A stretch of 64,000 nucleotides of DNA from Candidatus Latescibacterota bacterium (lineage in GTDB: Bacteria; Krumholzibacteriota; Krumholzibacteriia; WVZY01), in the NCBI GenBank assembly GCA_963791045.1, contig CAWBQK010000013.1:192001-256000 (forward strand). Direction: 5' to 3'. The position numbers and the translations under genes were made by a program. Under the pieces are notes generated by a model. That model did no database searches and was not told where the DNA came from. It was given only the letters and a program-made list of their open reading frames with translations. Positions 20,512-30,425 of the stretch are shown here, one piece after another. Within the stretch, counting starts at the first letter, position 1, and each line of letters opens with the position of its first letter.

Positions 20512-22533
20512 ATGACAAACGACAACACCATCAACCGGCGTGAGCCGGCGGCATTCCGCAAAGTGGGAGAGCTCGAACGGCTCGGCCCCGGCGGCAGGGA
20601 AATTCTGGTCCTCGGCGTCGACGCGCCCGGCTTCGAGCATCTTTCCGCCGACCGGAAAGTGTTTGCCTACTATCTCTACCGCGCAGCTATCGCTGGAAAC
20701 GACATCCTTTACAGTCAGAATCATCGGAATGCTCTCGAGATCAAACAGCTTCTCGAAACGATCTATCTTCATTCCGACGGGATGCCGGCCGACCTTTTAC
20801 GTTCCGTGCACGAGTACCTCAAGTGTGTATGGATCCATCATGGACAGTACAATCACTACACTCACACAAAGTATCTCCCCATCTCTCTGACAAGAGAGTC
20901 ACTGCTTCAAGCCGCGCGTTACGCGGCACAAAATGGCGCGGTGATAGAATGCGGCGACGGGGAAACGCTGGAGGAGAAACTCAAACGACTCGACCGATCG
21001 ATCTTCGACCCCGAGTTCGAGCCGATACAAACGAACCAGTCGGACAACAAAGATATCGTCGCGACGAGCGCCGTGAATTTCTGGGACGAGGGAGTGACCG
21101 AAAAGGACATTTCCGCGCTGCCGGAATCGCTTCAACACAAACTGAACGTTCGCTTCGCTCGCAAGAACGGAAAGATCGTCCCCGAGGAATTCAAGATCGG
21201 CGGGCTCTACAGCCAGGAGCTTGAAACGATTTCACATTTTTTGAGTCTTGCCGCACCGCTTTCCGAAGGAGAAAACCAGCGCCGTTCGATCGAACTTCTC
21301 CTCGACTTCTTCAAAACCGGAGACGAAGAAACGTTTCGCGAGCACAGCGTATTCTGGCTCAAGTCGGACCCAACGGTCGATTATCTCAACGGGTTCATCG
21401 AGCAGTATACCGATCCACGCGGCATTATCGGCTCCTTCGAGGGAAACGTGAGCTACAAATCCGATGCGCAGCTCGTAACGCGGATCGCGGAAAACGCCCT
21501 CTATTTCGAACACAAAATGCCGTGGCCAGACAGATTCAAGAGGTCGAACATCGAGCCGCCCGTGGCCAAAGTTGTCGATGTCCTTGTCGAAACCGGGGAC
21601 GCCGGCCCCGTGTCACCAGCCGCCTACAATCTGCCAAACTACAACGACCTTCGCCGCGACCACGGCAGCAAGAACGTCATCCTTCATAACGTTGAGAATA
21701 CGCGGTCGGCGAATCTACTCGAGAAGATGGTCAACGAATTTTATCTGCCCGAATACCGGGACAAGGTGTTTCGTTATTTCCACACAAAGGCGAGACCGCT
21801 CAAAGTTTATTTGCACGAAATCATCGGGCACGGCTCGGGCCAGCCCGACCCGGATCTGGATTCGGATCCACGGACGGCATTGGGGCGGGTGTACGCGGCG
21901 TTGGAGGAGAGCCGCGCGGACCTCGTCGCGTTGTACCATATATCCGATCCGAAGCTTGTCGAGCTTGGCGCGTTCAGCGCGGACGAGCAACACGACGTGG
22001 TGGAAACCGCCTATATCACGCAGGCTCAGGGCTGGCTCACGCGATATGACCACGTCGTCGGCATGCAGGTTCGCGAGGCGCACAACAAAGGAAATCAACT
22101 CATCCTTATGTATGTCGTCGAGAACGGCGGAGATCCGAACAAGGATTTCGGGATGGACGTCATCGAATCCGACGGCAAGTTCTTCGCAAGAATTCGCGAT
22201 ATGGAGAAAGTGAGGACCGGCTGGGCGGAACTCCTGGGCAAACTCCAGACAATGAAATCAACGGGCGACTACAAGGCCGCCGCGGCGCTTTTCGATCAAT
22301 TCGGCACGCATGTCAACCCGGACTGGTACAGGGACATCGTGGGCCGGCTCGAGGCGTTGAATGTTCCAAAAATGAAAGCGTTTGTGTTTCCCAGACTCGA
22401 GCCCGTTCTCGACGGCAACCAGGTTGTCGATGTGCAAATCCACCACGACGAGGACCTCACCACACAACAACTGAGATTCAGCAGAATCCAGAACGTCACC
22501 GACATCACCCCAAACGACACCATTCTTCCATGA
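20512..22533 (+). CDS. Dipeptidyl peptidase III (M49)
   Basis: HEIIGH (HEXXGH) and EESRAD motifs, NLPN. Confidence 0.9.
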   Translation: MTNDNTINRREPAAFRKVGELERLGPGGREILVLGVDAPGFEHLSADRKVFAYYLYRAAIAGNDILYSQNHRNALEIKQLLETIYLHSDGMPADLLRSVHEYLKCVWIHHGQYNHYTHTKYLPISLTRESLLQAARYAAQNGAVIECGDGETLEEKLKRLDRSIFDPEFEPIQTNQSDNKDIVATSAVNFWDEGVTEKDISALPESLQHKLNVRFARKNGKIVPEEFKIGGLYSQELETISHFLSLAAPLSEGENQRRSIELLLDFFKTGDEETFREHSVFWLKSDPTVDYLNGFIEQYTDPRGIIGSFEGNVSYKSDAQLVTRIAENALYFEHKMPWPDRFKRSNIEPPVAKVVDVLVETGDAGPVSPAAYNLPNYNDLRRDHGSKNVILHNVENTRSANLLEKMVNEFYLPEYRDKVFRYFHTKARPLKVYLHEIIGHGSGQPDPDLDSDPRTALGRVYAALEESRADLVALYHISDPKLVELGAFSADEQHDVVETAYITQAQGWLTRYDHVVGMQVREAHNKGNQLILMYVVENGGDPNKDFGMDVIESDGKFFARIRDMEKVRTGWAELLGKLQTMKSTGDYKAAAALFDQFGTHVNPDWYRDIVGRLEALNVPKMKAFVFPRLEPVLDGNQVVDVQIHHDEDLTTQQLRFSRIQNVTDITPNDTILP

Positions 22534-23171
22534 TTTTTTATCAAATCGACGCCGGCGGAGACAGAAACTTTTCGTATTTGATGGCGGATCGCGACGGCGG
22601 ACGCGCGGCGCTCTTTGATCCCGCTGCGAACCCGGGCCGCTATCTTCCCCTGGTTGAAAAGCACAGGCTCACCGTAGCGTACATCGTCGCGACACACGGT
22701 CATTCGGATCACACATGTGGACTCGCTGAAGCAAAAAGAGTTACGGACGGAGAAATTGTCGCGTCCCGGCACAGCCATATTGGCGCCGATATATCCGTCG
22801 ACGATGGCGACACTATCTCCGTTGACTGCATCACACTCCGTTTCATCCATACGCCGGGACACACCGATGATTCGATCTGTATTCTCGGCGGGCGAAAACT
22901 CGTTACCGGCGACACCCTTTTTGTCGGCAAGGTGGGCGGCACCGATTTCGGGGAAGGCGCGCGCAAAGAGTACGACAGCCTCCACAAAAAGATCATGACG
23001 CTCGAAGATGACGTCGAGGTCTACCCCGGACACAACTACGGCGCATCGCCGACATCGACGATCGGTCACGAAAAAGGCACCAACCCGTTCATTCTTTGCG
23101 AATCGTTCGAGTCATTCGTCGATCTGAAAAGAAACTGGCTCCAGTATAAAGAGGAACACGGCATCTCCTGA
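22530..23171 (+). CDS. Metallo-beta-lactamase-fold hydrolase (glyoxalase II-like)
   Basis: THGHSDH, HTPGHT, TGDTLF, PGHNY. ATGA overlap with the upstream stop. Confidence 0.92.
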   Translation: MIFYQIDAGGDRNFSYLMADRDGGRAALFDPAANPGRYLPLVEKHRLTVAYIVATHGHSDHTCGLAEAKRVTDGEIVASRHSHIGADISVDDGDTISVDCITLRFIHTPGHTDDSICILGGRKLVTGDTLFVGKVGGTDFGEGARKEYDSLHKKIMTLEDDVEVYPGHNYGASPTSTIGHEKGTNPFILCESFESFVDLKRNWLQYKEEHGIS

Positions 23172-23288
23172 GCCGCCGGTTTCGACCATCCGCCCCTCCC
23201 ACCCTGCCCGATCGACCTTCGGGGCACGCATTTTGCATTTTCCGACCCAGAATATTCTTAGCCCATTAATAGCAATCACTTAAGACGG

Positions 23289-24947
23289 ATGGTGAGTCGG
23301 ATGACCGGTCAATTCTCGCCCAATACGGATAAAATCCGTACACTCCGGACCTCCCTTGTCACGCTTATCGAATCGACTCGGGAGAACGGCGTTCCCACCG
23401 ATCGGCTCAATGAGACCAGAACGCTCCTGACCGAAGAATTTCAAAAGCTTCTCAATGAAGGGGCCAAGATTCTCCTCAAGGAAGATTTCGCGGGGTCCGA
23501 GCAAGTGGTTCGTACCGTCGAGGAGGCCTACGATGACTGGCGGTCGATCGAGAATGTTTTCAACGAAACACTTGCGCTTGCCTATGAGGGATCGATCTCC
23601 CGGCAGAACCTTCTTCTCGACGATTCCCTCACCGAAATGCGCCGGAGAATTGGCGACCCGGTCGCGGCGCTTTATACCCGTCTCTATGTTTTGTGGACCA
23701 GTCATCTCGATGGGCATCCCTGGGATGCGCACCTTGCGGAGAGCGTCAAGCACAGCGACTCCGACCAACTCGACAAAAATCTCCACAGTCTCGCACACGG
23801 CGATCATCTCGACGTCGAAGACGCCATGACAAATCTCACCGGTCCGCTTCGTTACTCGTTCGCCGACTACATCGAACGCCGGAGCGAACAGCTCGATGTT
23901 CTTGAGGAAAGCCTTTTGATGCGTCCCGAGATCATTCTCATCAACGACTTTTGGCAGTATCACCCGCAGGTTCGTTTGCTCGACCTGATCCGGCGAAAAA
24001 GCCGGAAGAAATACGCTCAGACATTCGAGAAGATCCGGGATTACTTTTCCGACGACAATCTCTCGATTGCCGAGGGTACAGCCGAACGGATCGTCGCCGA
24101 TGTCAGATCGGCACGCCCAGAGACACGGGATACGTTCCTCCGCTGTCTCATGCTTCACCCAAACCAGGAGATCCGCCGTTACGCCGTCACCAATGTCGAC
24201 ATCGACAGCTTCTGGAAAACGATCACACCCGAAGCCGTGCCGTTGGGGACCATTCTAAGCATGCTCGAAACCATCTCAGGATCGAACCGTTATGACGAGG
24301 ATTTCCAGAAGGTTTTCTATCGCGCCATTCACAAGCGGCTTCTCAATGTCGGCTCGAGGTCGGAACTCCTCTATGCGCGCGGAATTATCCGCATTCTCAT
24401 ACAAATGCCCTTCTTTATGGAGGATTCGTATTTCGAAAAGCTCATGATCGTGGTGGACTACCTCGGGGCGAAAGAGGAACGCTTTGGCGTGGAGGATGGC
24501 GTGCTTACCAACTACGTCAATAAACTCCAAAACGAAAAAGAAAAAACGGGAACACTCGAGGTCGACACACCGAATATCGCCAACGTCCCTTCGATAATTC
24601 TCCGAAAACTCGCCCGCGACGGTCACTTCTGGTTCGACCTGTCGATGCATCCGCTGTTCAAGATCGCGAGAGAGACCATTCCTCATATCAACTCTTCCGA
24701 ACGCGCCATTCGAGTGGCGAACAACAGAGTTGTCAACCAGGATGTGCTCCGCGCAATCGGCAAAAAGCGCGGGTTGTTCGGAACCCGCACCGCAAGAATT
24801 GCTCTTTTGAGCAACCCGCGGACGCCGCCGGCCGTGTCGCTGAACTACATCTCGGATCTGAGCAAACTGGACAAGGAACAACTCCTCAGACGGGCAACGC
24901 TCCATCCGGAGTTGCGACACCGGCTGATAGAACATTCGCGTCTTTAG
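23289..24947 (+). CDS. Hypothetical alpha-helical protein
   Basis: 552-aa ORF, charged and helical in composition. C-terminal LLSNPRTP HEAT/LRV-like motif. Confidence 0.75.
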   Translation: MVSRMTGQFSPNTDKIRTLRTSLVTLIESTRENGVPTDRLNETRTLLTEEFQKLLNEGAKILLKEDFAGSEQVVRTVEEAYDDWRSIENVFNETLALAYEGSISRQNLLLDDSLTEMRRRIGDPVAALYTRLYVLWTSHLDGHPWDAHLAESVKHSDSDQLDKNLHSLAHGDHLDVEDAMTNLTGPLRYSFADYIERRSEQLDVLEESLLMRPEIILINDFWQYHPQVRLLDLIRRKSRKKYAQTFEKIRDYFSDDNLSIAEGTAERIVADVRSARPETRDTFLRCLMLHPNQEIRRYAVTNVDIDSFWKTITPEAVPLGTILSMLETISGSNRYDEDFQKVFYRAIHKRLLNVGSRSELLYARGIIRILIQMPFFMEDSYFEKLMIVVDYLGAKEERFGVEDGVLTNYVNKLQNEKEKTGTLEVDTPNIANVPSIILRKLARDGHFWFDLSMHPLFKIARETIPHINSSERAIRVANNRVVNQDVLRAIGKKRGLFGTRTARIALLSNPRTPPAVSLNYISDLSKLDKEQLLRRATLHPELRHRLIEHSRL

Positions 24948-25121
24948 CCATTCGAACAACCCGAGAGAGGGTCCCGCGGGGTGATCCATAGCGGCAGATT
25001 CTCCGCTGGAAAAAATTCGGCATCCTGGAAAAAACACGCTTGCCCTTCAAATTCTTTTGGAGTAGTCTCGTCCCTCAATTTGGCGTATGGGAACGGACCA
25101 CTCTTTCTTTTGTATTATATT

Positions 25122-26558
25122 ATGACACCACGACTTACAGCACTCATCCTAATGGTGATCGTCATCTTATCGATTGGCGGAATCGCCCTCGCCGAAACCG
25201 GGCACGAAGCCACGCACGCGACCGAGTCGATTGGCGAGCTACTCCCGATCTGGTCGGTGATTCCTTTTATCGGGATTCTCCTTTCGATAGCGCTTTTTCC
25301 GTTGTTTGCCCCTGGTTGGTGGCATCATCACTTTCCGAAAGTGTCGGCATTCTGGGCGCTGCTGCTCGCCATTCCGCTCCTCATCGTCTTCAAAGGGCTT
25401 GCCGTCCACGAAATCCTTCACGTGTACATACTCGAATATATTCCGTTTATAATTCTTCTGTGGGCACTCTTCACTGTGTCGGGAGGAATCCACGTCAAGG
25501 GATCGCTTACAGGATCTCCCGTACTTAACGTCGTGCTACTCATCATAGGAACCCTCCTGGCGTCATGGATGGGAACGACGGGCGCTTCGATGATTTTGAT
25601 TCGCACCATTTTGCGGGCGAACTCGTGGCGCAAAAACAAGGTCCATGTCATTATTTTCTTTATCTTCCTTGTCAGCAATATTGGCGGCTCACTCACACCG
25701 CTTGGCGATCCTCCGCTCTTTCTCGGGTTCCTTCTCGGCGTACCGTTTTTCTGGACAATGAAGATTCTTCCTCATATGCTTTTTTTATCGGTGCCTCTGT
25801 TCATTATTTTCTTTTTGATAGATACCTATTACTACCGCAAAGAAGACAAACCCGAGGCGAAAGAACATATACCTCTTCGAATCGAAGGTCTCCACAATCT
25901 CATTTTTCTTGGGGGAATCGTGGGAGCGGTGCTGGTCAGCGGGGTTTGGCGGCCCGGGGAAGTCACCGTCCTCGGCATCCACCAGGGTCTCCAGCATTTT
26001 GTTCGTGATCTCTTCCTCATTTTGATGGGTGTCGCGTCGCTCGCCGCCACAAAAAAATCGATACGCACCGACAACGAGTTTTCCTGGTTCCCCATAAAAG
26101 AAGTGGCAATCCTCTTCGCCGGGATTTTTATGACCATCGTACCGGCGATTGCCATCCTGAAGGCGGGAGACAAAGGACAGCTTGGTTTCGTCATGGCGAC
26201 AATGGAGACTCCGGCCCACTATTTCTGGGTAACAGGATCCCTTTCGAGCTTTTTGGATAACGCACCGTCGTACCTCACGTTTTTCAACTCACTGCTGGGC
26301 AAGTTCTTCACCGACCTTCCCCACCACGAGGGGGTGCAGGGTCTTCTAACCAACAAAGCAGCCTACCTCAAGGCCATCTCGGCAGGTTCGGTTTTCTTTG
26401 GCGCGGCGACATATATCGGAAACGCGCCGAACTTCATGGTCAAGAGTATTTCGGAAGAGGCGGGTGTGCGGATGCCGACGTTCTTTGGCTACCTGTTCAA
26501 GTGGGCGATTCCAATTCTCGTCCCCTTGTTCATTCTCGTAACCCTGGTGTTTTTCTAG
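25122..26558 (+). CDS. Putative sodium:proton antiporter (ion transporter superfamily)
   Basis: Many TM helices. GTTGASM, NIGGSLTPLGDPPLFLGF, SSFLDNAP, YIGNAPNFMVK. Confidence 0.88.
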   Translation: MTPRLTALILMVIVILSIGGIALAETGHEATHATESIGELLPIWSVIPFIGILLSIALFPLFAPGWWHHHFPKVSAFWALLLAIPLLIVFKGLAVHEILHVYILEYIPFIILLWALFTVSGGIHVKGSLTGSPVLNVVLLIIGTLLASWMGTTGASMILIRTILRANSWRKNKVHVIIFFIFLVSNIGGSLTPLGDPPLFLGFLLGVPFFWTMKILPHMLFLSVPLFIIFFLIDTYYYRKEDKPEAKEHIPLRIEGLHNLIFLGGIVGAVLVSGVWRPGEVTVLGIHQGLQHFVRDLFLILMGVASLAATKKSIRTDNEFSWFPIKEVAILFAGIFMTIVPAIAILKAGDKGQLGFVMATMETPAHYFWVTGSLSSFLDNAPSYLTFFNSLLGKFFTDLPHHEGVQGLLTNKAAYLKAISAGSVFFGAATYIGNAPNFMVKSISEEAGVRMPTFFGYLFKWAIPILVPLFILVTLVFF

Positions 26559-26579
26559 GATACAATTCCGGAGGGAATC

Positions 26580-27137
26580 ATGGCGGTCACATATTATGAG
26601 CTGGTGATAAAAGGCGACGGAAAGCTTCTCAGGGGTTTTATCCGCGGCTACCAGATCGGAAGAGACATCAAGAGCGAGTTGTACTTTTGCAAGGACCACC
26701 CGATCAAGGCGCACCACCTCAAAGAGATTTTCACCTTTCGCGGCGACCACATTCATTTGATCTGTACCGCGCGAACCCGCAGAGGAATCGTTTCCGCCGT
26801 CCGCAAGGCCAACGATCTCGAGTTCGAACTGATCACCGACGAGCGCCTGGGAAAAATCTTTTTTGAATTCAATTTTGAAACGGCGAGCCGGAAAGTCGCG
26901 GGTGAGATCAAACGAATTTTCTCGACTCTCCGGTACGACCTGAAGCTGAAAGAATACAAACCCCGCGAAACTATCGATGAAAAGGCAAAGGGCGTCGAGT
27001 TCTATACGCCGGCCCACGAATACCGATTCGAAGGCAAAGGGCGCGTCGAGGGCGATGTGGACAGCCTTCTCATCTTCCACAAAAAGCTCGACAACCATGA
27101 CTTCATCGAAGTGGAAGATATCGTCATCGATGGGTAA
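26580..27137 (+). CDS. Hypothetical protein
   Basis: 185-aa ORF with GGAGG RBS, co-oriented with the antiporter. Confidence 0.75.
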   Translation: MAVTYYELVIKGDGKLLRGFIRGYQIGRDIKSELYFCKDHPIKAHHLKEIFTFRGDHIHLICTARTRRGIVSAVRKANDLEFELITDERLGKIFFEFNFETASRKVAGEIKRIFSTLRYDLKLKEYKPRETIDEKAKGVEFYTPAHEYRFEGKGRVEGDVDSLLIFHKKLDNHDFIEVEDIVIDG

Positions 27138-27143
27138 TTGCCG

Positions 27144-28148
27144 CTATTCCGGCGGCGCCACCGACAGGATCTGATCGAGCTGCCCTTCGTCGTTGAGTAG
27201 CAGTCCGGCGGCGGGGAGTCTCCGCGTAACTTCGATCCAAACCGGTTCCCTCTGGAAAACATCGCGAAATATTTTAAGAGCCTCTGTTTCCATCCCGTCC
27301 GCGAACATCGTCAGTGCCGCCCAGTACTTGATTTCCGTCACGTTCGGCGCGAGCTCCATCGCGTGCGCGTAGGCTTCCATGGCACCGCGTGTATCACGCT
27401 CGACCATCTTCGCGTCACCTTCATTCATCATCAAATACGCGCGGTTGAGAGTAACCAGACGGCGAAGTTCCCTCAGCGGATCGGGGTGATCCTCGATTCG
27501 CAAATCGATAAGTTTGTCACGGTAGTCGACACCCGTCGGTTCGCCTTTAACAATGATCATCGCGGCGGATTGCCGGCCGCGGATATCTCCCCCTTCGTGC
27601 TGGGCCGCCTCGAGCGCGGCGAGCATCCGCTCGGCAAGATCTCCGTTGGATGTTCTGAAAGCATCCGCCATCGCTTCCCACACGGTATGATTCTCCATCA
27701 GGTTCGCCATCACGACGAAATCCTCACCGATGACATGCCCGGCCTCCCGGATACAATACTTGCCTGTGTGAACGGCACGGTTTCCGTTCGCGTCAATCAT
27801 GCCCACCTGGCGCCATTCGGGGTTGGCGTCCGTCGCCAGAAGACCGTTGAGCGCCTGCTCCGCCGTCCTTCCCGCCCGCATCAACTCGAGCCCAAGCGGC
27901 CCGTAGGTGACATCTGTCAGCGACTGCGTCGCAACCGCGCCCACACCTGCTTTCACCCACGGAACATCGGAGCCGACCGAAAACCAATGCGATTGAACGG
28001 CCACACCCAGCTGTCCCGTCTCGGGGTCCCTCGCCACGATCGAATAGGTGGTAACCGGCCGCAGGGCCTGACCATCGATGACCACAGCACCGGCGAAAGA
28101 CGCGGTTACTGCGACAAGAAAAGCAACGAGGATCGTGGTTCGCATCAT
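27144..28148 (-). CDS. DUF1028 (Ntn-hydrolase-like) protein with C-terminal TPR
   Basis: Signal peptide, TYSIVARDPETGQLGVAVQSH, GGDIRGRQSAA, DLRIEDH. Confidence 0.9.
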   Translation of the reverse strand: MMRTTILVAFLVAVTASFAGAVVIDGQALRPVTTYSIVARDPETGQLGVAVQSHWFSVGSDVPWVKAGVGAVATQSLTDVTYGPLGLELMRAGRTAEQALNGLLATDANPEWRQVGMIDANGNRAVHTGKYCIREAGHVIGEDFVVMANLMENHTVWEAMADAFRTSNGDLAERMLAALEAAQHEGGDIRGRQSAAMIIVKGEPTGVDYRDKLIDLRIEDHPDPLRELRRLVTLNRAYLMMNEGDAKMVERDTRGAMEAYAHAMELAPNVTEIKYWAALTMFADGMETEALKIFRDVFQREPVWIEVTRRLPAAGLLLNDEGQLDQILSVAPPE

Positions 28149-28298
28149 TCCTGGACCTCCGTTACAAACGCGTTGAGGTGTTTGATATTGACGATTTGAC
28201 CGGCCGAATCTATCATAGTAACCCCGCTAAAGAAGTATCGGTCTATCATACAGGAAATTTACATCAAAACCTAGTCCGCATCAACTCGAGGAGACCTC

Positions 28299-29564
28299 AT
28301 GAAATTCAAACCACCAAAAGAAAGTGTGAAGGGCCGCTTTCTCCGATACGTCAAAATCGACACACAATCGAAGGAAGACGTCGAGAATTACCCGAGCACC
28401 GAGAAACAGTTTGATCTGTTGCGGCCGCTCGTCGAAGAGCTCAAAGAACTCGGTGTCGCCGACGCGGCCATAGACCAGTACGGCTATGTCACCGCCACGA
28501 TTCCATCGAATCTCTCACCGGAGGAATCAAAGGGGGTCGCCACCATCGGGTTTATCGCCCACGTCGACACATCTCCGGCAGTCAGCGGCAAGAACGTCAA
28601 ACCCATCGTCCACGAGAACTACCAGGGGGGCGACATTGTCCTTCCCGGAGATCCCGAACAGGTGATCCGGACGAACGAATATCCAAATCTGGAAAAACGG
28701 TACATGGGGATGGACATCATCACCGGCGACGGCACCACGCTTTTGGGCTCGGATGACAAATCCGGGGTCGCCGAAATAATGACGGCTGTCGACGTTCTCG
28801 CGCAGAATCCCGATATCAAGCACGGTCCAATAAAGATCGGTTTCACGCCCGATGAAGAAGTCGGAAACGGAACAAAATATTTTGACGTGAAGAAGTTCGG
28901 CGCCGATTTCGCGTATACAATGGACGGCGGCCCGCTTGGTGAAATCGAATTCGAGACGTTTAACGCGTTTGCCGCGACGGTCAAGATCAAGGGCGTCGGC
29001 GTTCACCCCGGTTACGCCAAGGACAAGCTGGTAAACGCGATAAGGGTATTCGCCGACATCATCGCGCGTCTCCCCAAGAATATGGCGCCCGAAACCACCG
29101 AGGGCCGGGAAGGGTACATTCATCCTTATGATTTCGATGGGCAGGCTGAGGAAGTCACCATCAAGATGCTCATCCGTGATTTCGATATGGATGGCGTCGA
29201 GGAAAAGAAAGTAATTATCGCGAACGCCGTCGACGAGGTCCGGGCGCTCTACCCGAAGGCCAAGATCGAACTCGAGTTCAAGGAGCAGTATCTCAACATG
29301 CGGTACCCGATCGAAAAAGAGCCGCGTGTGCTCGAATATGCCGAGGAAGCGATCCGGCGGACAGGCGTCGATCCTCACTTTACATTAATTCGCGGCGGCA
29401 CCGATGGTGCGCGGCTCACGTACGAGGATCTTCTTACGCCCAACTTGTTCGCGGGCGGCGAGGCGTTTCACAGCAAGATCGAGTGGGTTCCCGTTCAGGT
29501 GATGGAAAAATCGGTCGAGACGATCGTTAATCTCGCCGTCGTTTGGGCCGAGAACCCCGCTTAG
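28299..29564 (+). CDS. pepT: Peptidase T (tripeptide aminopeptidase)
   Basis: RFLRYVKIDTQS, AHVDT, LLGSDDKSG, FTPDEEVG, IRGGTDGARL. Confidence 0.96.
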   Translation: MKFKPPKESVKGRFLRYVKIDTQSKEDVENYPSTEKQFDLLRPLVEELKELGVADAAIDQYGYVTATIPSNLSPEESKGVATIGFIAHVDTSPAVSGKNVKPIVHENYQGGDIVLPGDPEQVIRTNEYPNLEKRYMGMDIITGDGTTLLGSDDKSGVAEIMTAVDVLAQNPDIKHGPIKIGFTPDEEVGNGTKYFDVKKFGADFAYTMDGGPLGEIEFETFNAFAATVKIKGVGVHPGYAKDKLVNAIRVFADIIARLPKNMAPETTEGREGYIHPYDFDGQAEEVTIKMLIRDFDMDGVEEKKVIIANAVDEVRALYPKAKIELEFKEQYLNMRYPIEKEPRVLEYAEEAIRRTGVDPHFTLIRGGTDGARLTYEDLLTPNLFAGGEAFHSKIEWVPVQVMEKSVETIVNLAVVWAENPA

Positions 29565-29898
29565 TTTTCCGTGTGGGCGCGCGTTTGCCGACGTCGATCG
29601 ACTCGCGCGCCCATTCGGCCAACCGTTCGTCATCCTCGAGAATATCGACGGGGACCTCGAAGTAGTTCTTGAGCACCTGTCCGGGTGCGGGTGTGAACGG
29701 GCCCATGCCGAGCTCTTTGTAAGGCGGCGACGTGGCATCATCGGTTTTGAAGTAGAGCCGGCCTTCATCGACAATCGCGAAGAATATCTCCCCGCAATAG
29801 AGTCCGAAGGCGCCGAACATCCGCCGGCGCCGGATATCCTTGATCCGGTGCAGCTGATCGATCACGAAATCCACAAACGCATCGTCTTTCATTTTCAT
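29527..29898 (-). CDS. TfoX/Sxy N-terminal domain protein
   Basis: RRMFGAFGLY..FFAIV..LYFK..YFEVP..LAEWARES. Start at 29898 or 29892. Confidence 0.88.
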   Translation of the reverse strand: MKMKDDAFVDFVIDQLHRIKDIRRRRMFGAFGLYCGEIFFAIVDEGRLYFKTDDATSPPYKELGMGPFTPAPGQVLKNYFEVPVDILEDDERLAEWARESIDVGKRAPTRKTKRGSRPKRRRD

Positions 29899-30334
29899 TT
29901 CCTTCTTCTCAATCCCCGGTACGGATCGGGCGATGCGGTCTTTCTCTGGCCCTCGCTCCGCTTGGATCAACGGCGCGGGTACCTGTCACCGATTTCCCCA
30001 CGCGTGCTCGCTTACGCTTCGTGCGGTTGGCCATTCGCCGACAAGAGCAATTTGCACTGCCCCCGCAGATGCGCCAATAGGAGCGCTGAGGTCGCTCCCG
30101 CACTCCGCGACGCTGCGCCGCGGTGGGGGCGCATCGGCGCCACCCGCGCCGACTCCTTGGCAGGGCAAGTGTATGATTTCAAATAAGGTGCGTCTGGTGG
30201 GATTTCCAGAAAAGGCTTGAAATCCCGGTATAATTGAGGCATAGTGATTCGGTATTGTGAAACTCATCACGACCGCTTCGGGCCCGGCAACAAGCCCCTG
30301 CCTCCAGACGCGGCCATCAATCTTAGCACGCTAT

Positions 30335-30359
30335 AAAAATTGATTTTTGTCAACTTTTT
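30335..30359. promoter_or_regulatory. Imperfect AT-rich inverted repeat upstream of suf (possible operator)
   Basis: AAAAATTGA-N6-TCAACTTTTT. Confidence 0.35.
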
Positions 30360-30425
30360 GAATATATTGCCCGTGCTGATACTGTAACGATATCAAAATT
30401 ATAAGCCCAAATAAATGAGAAGGTT

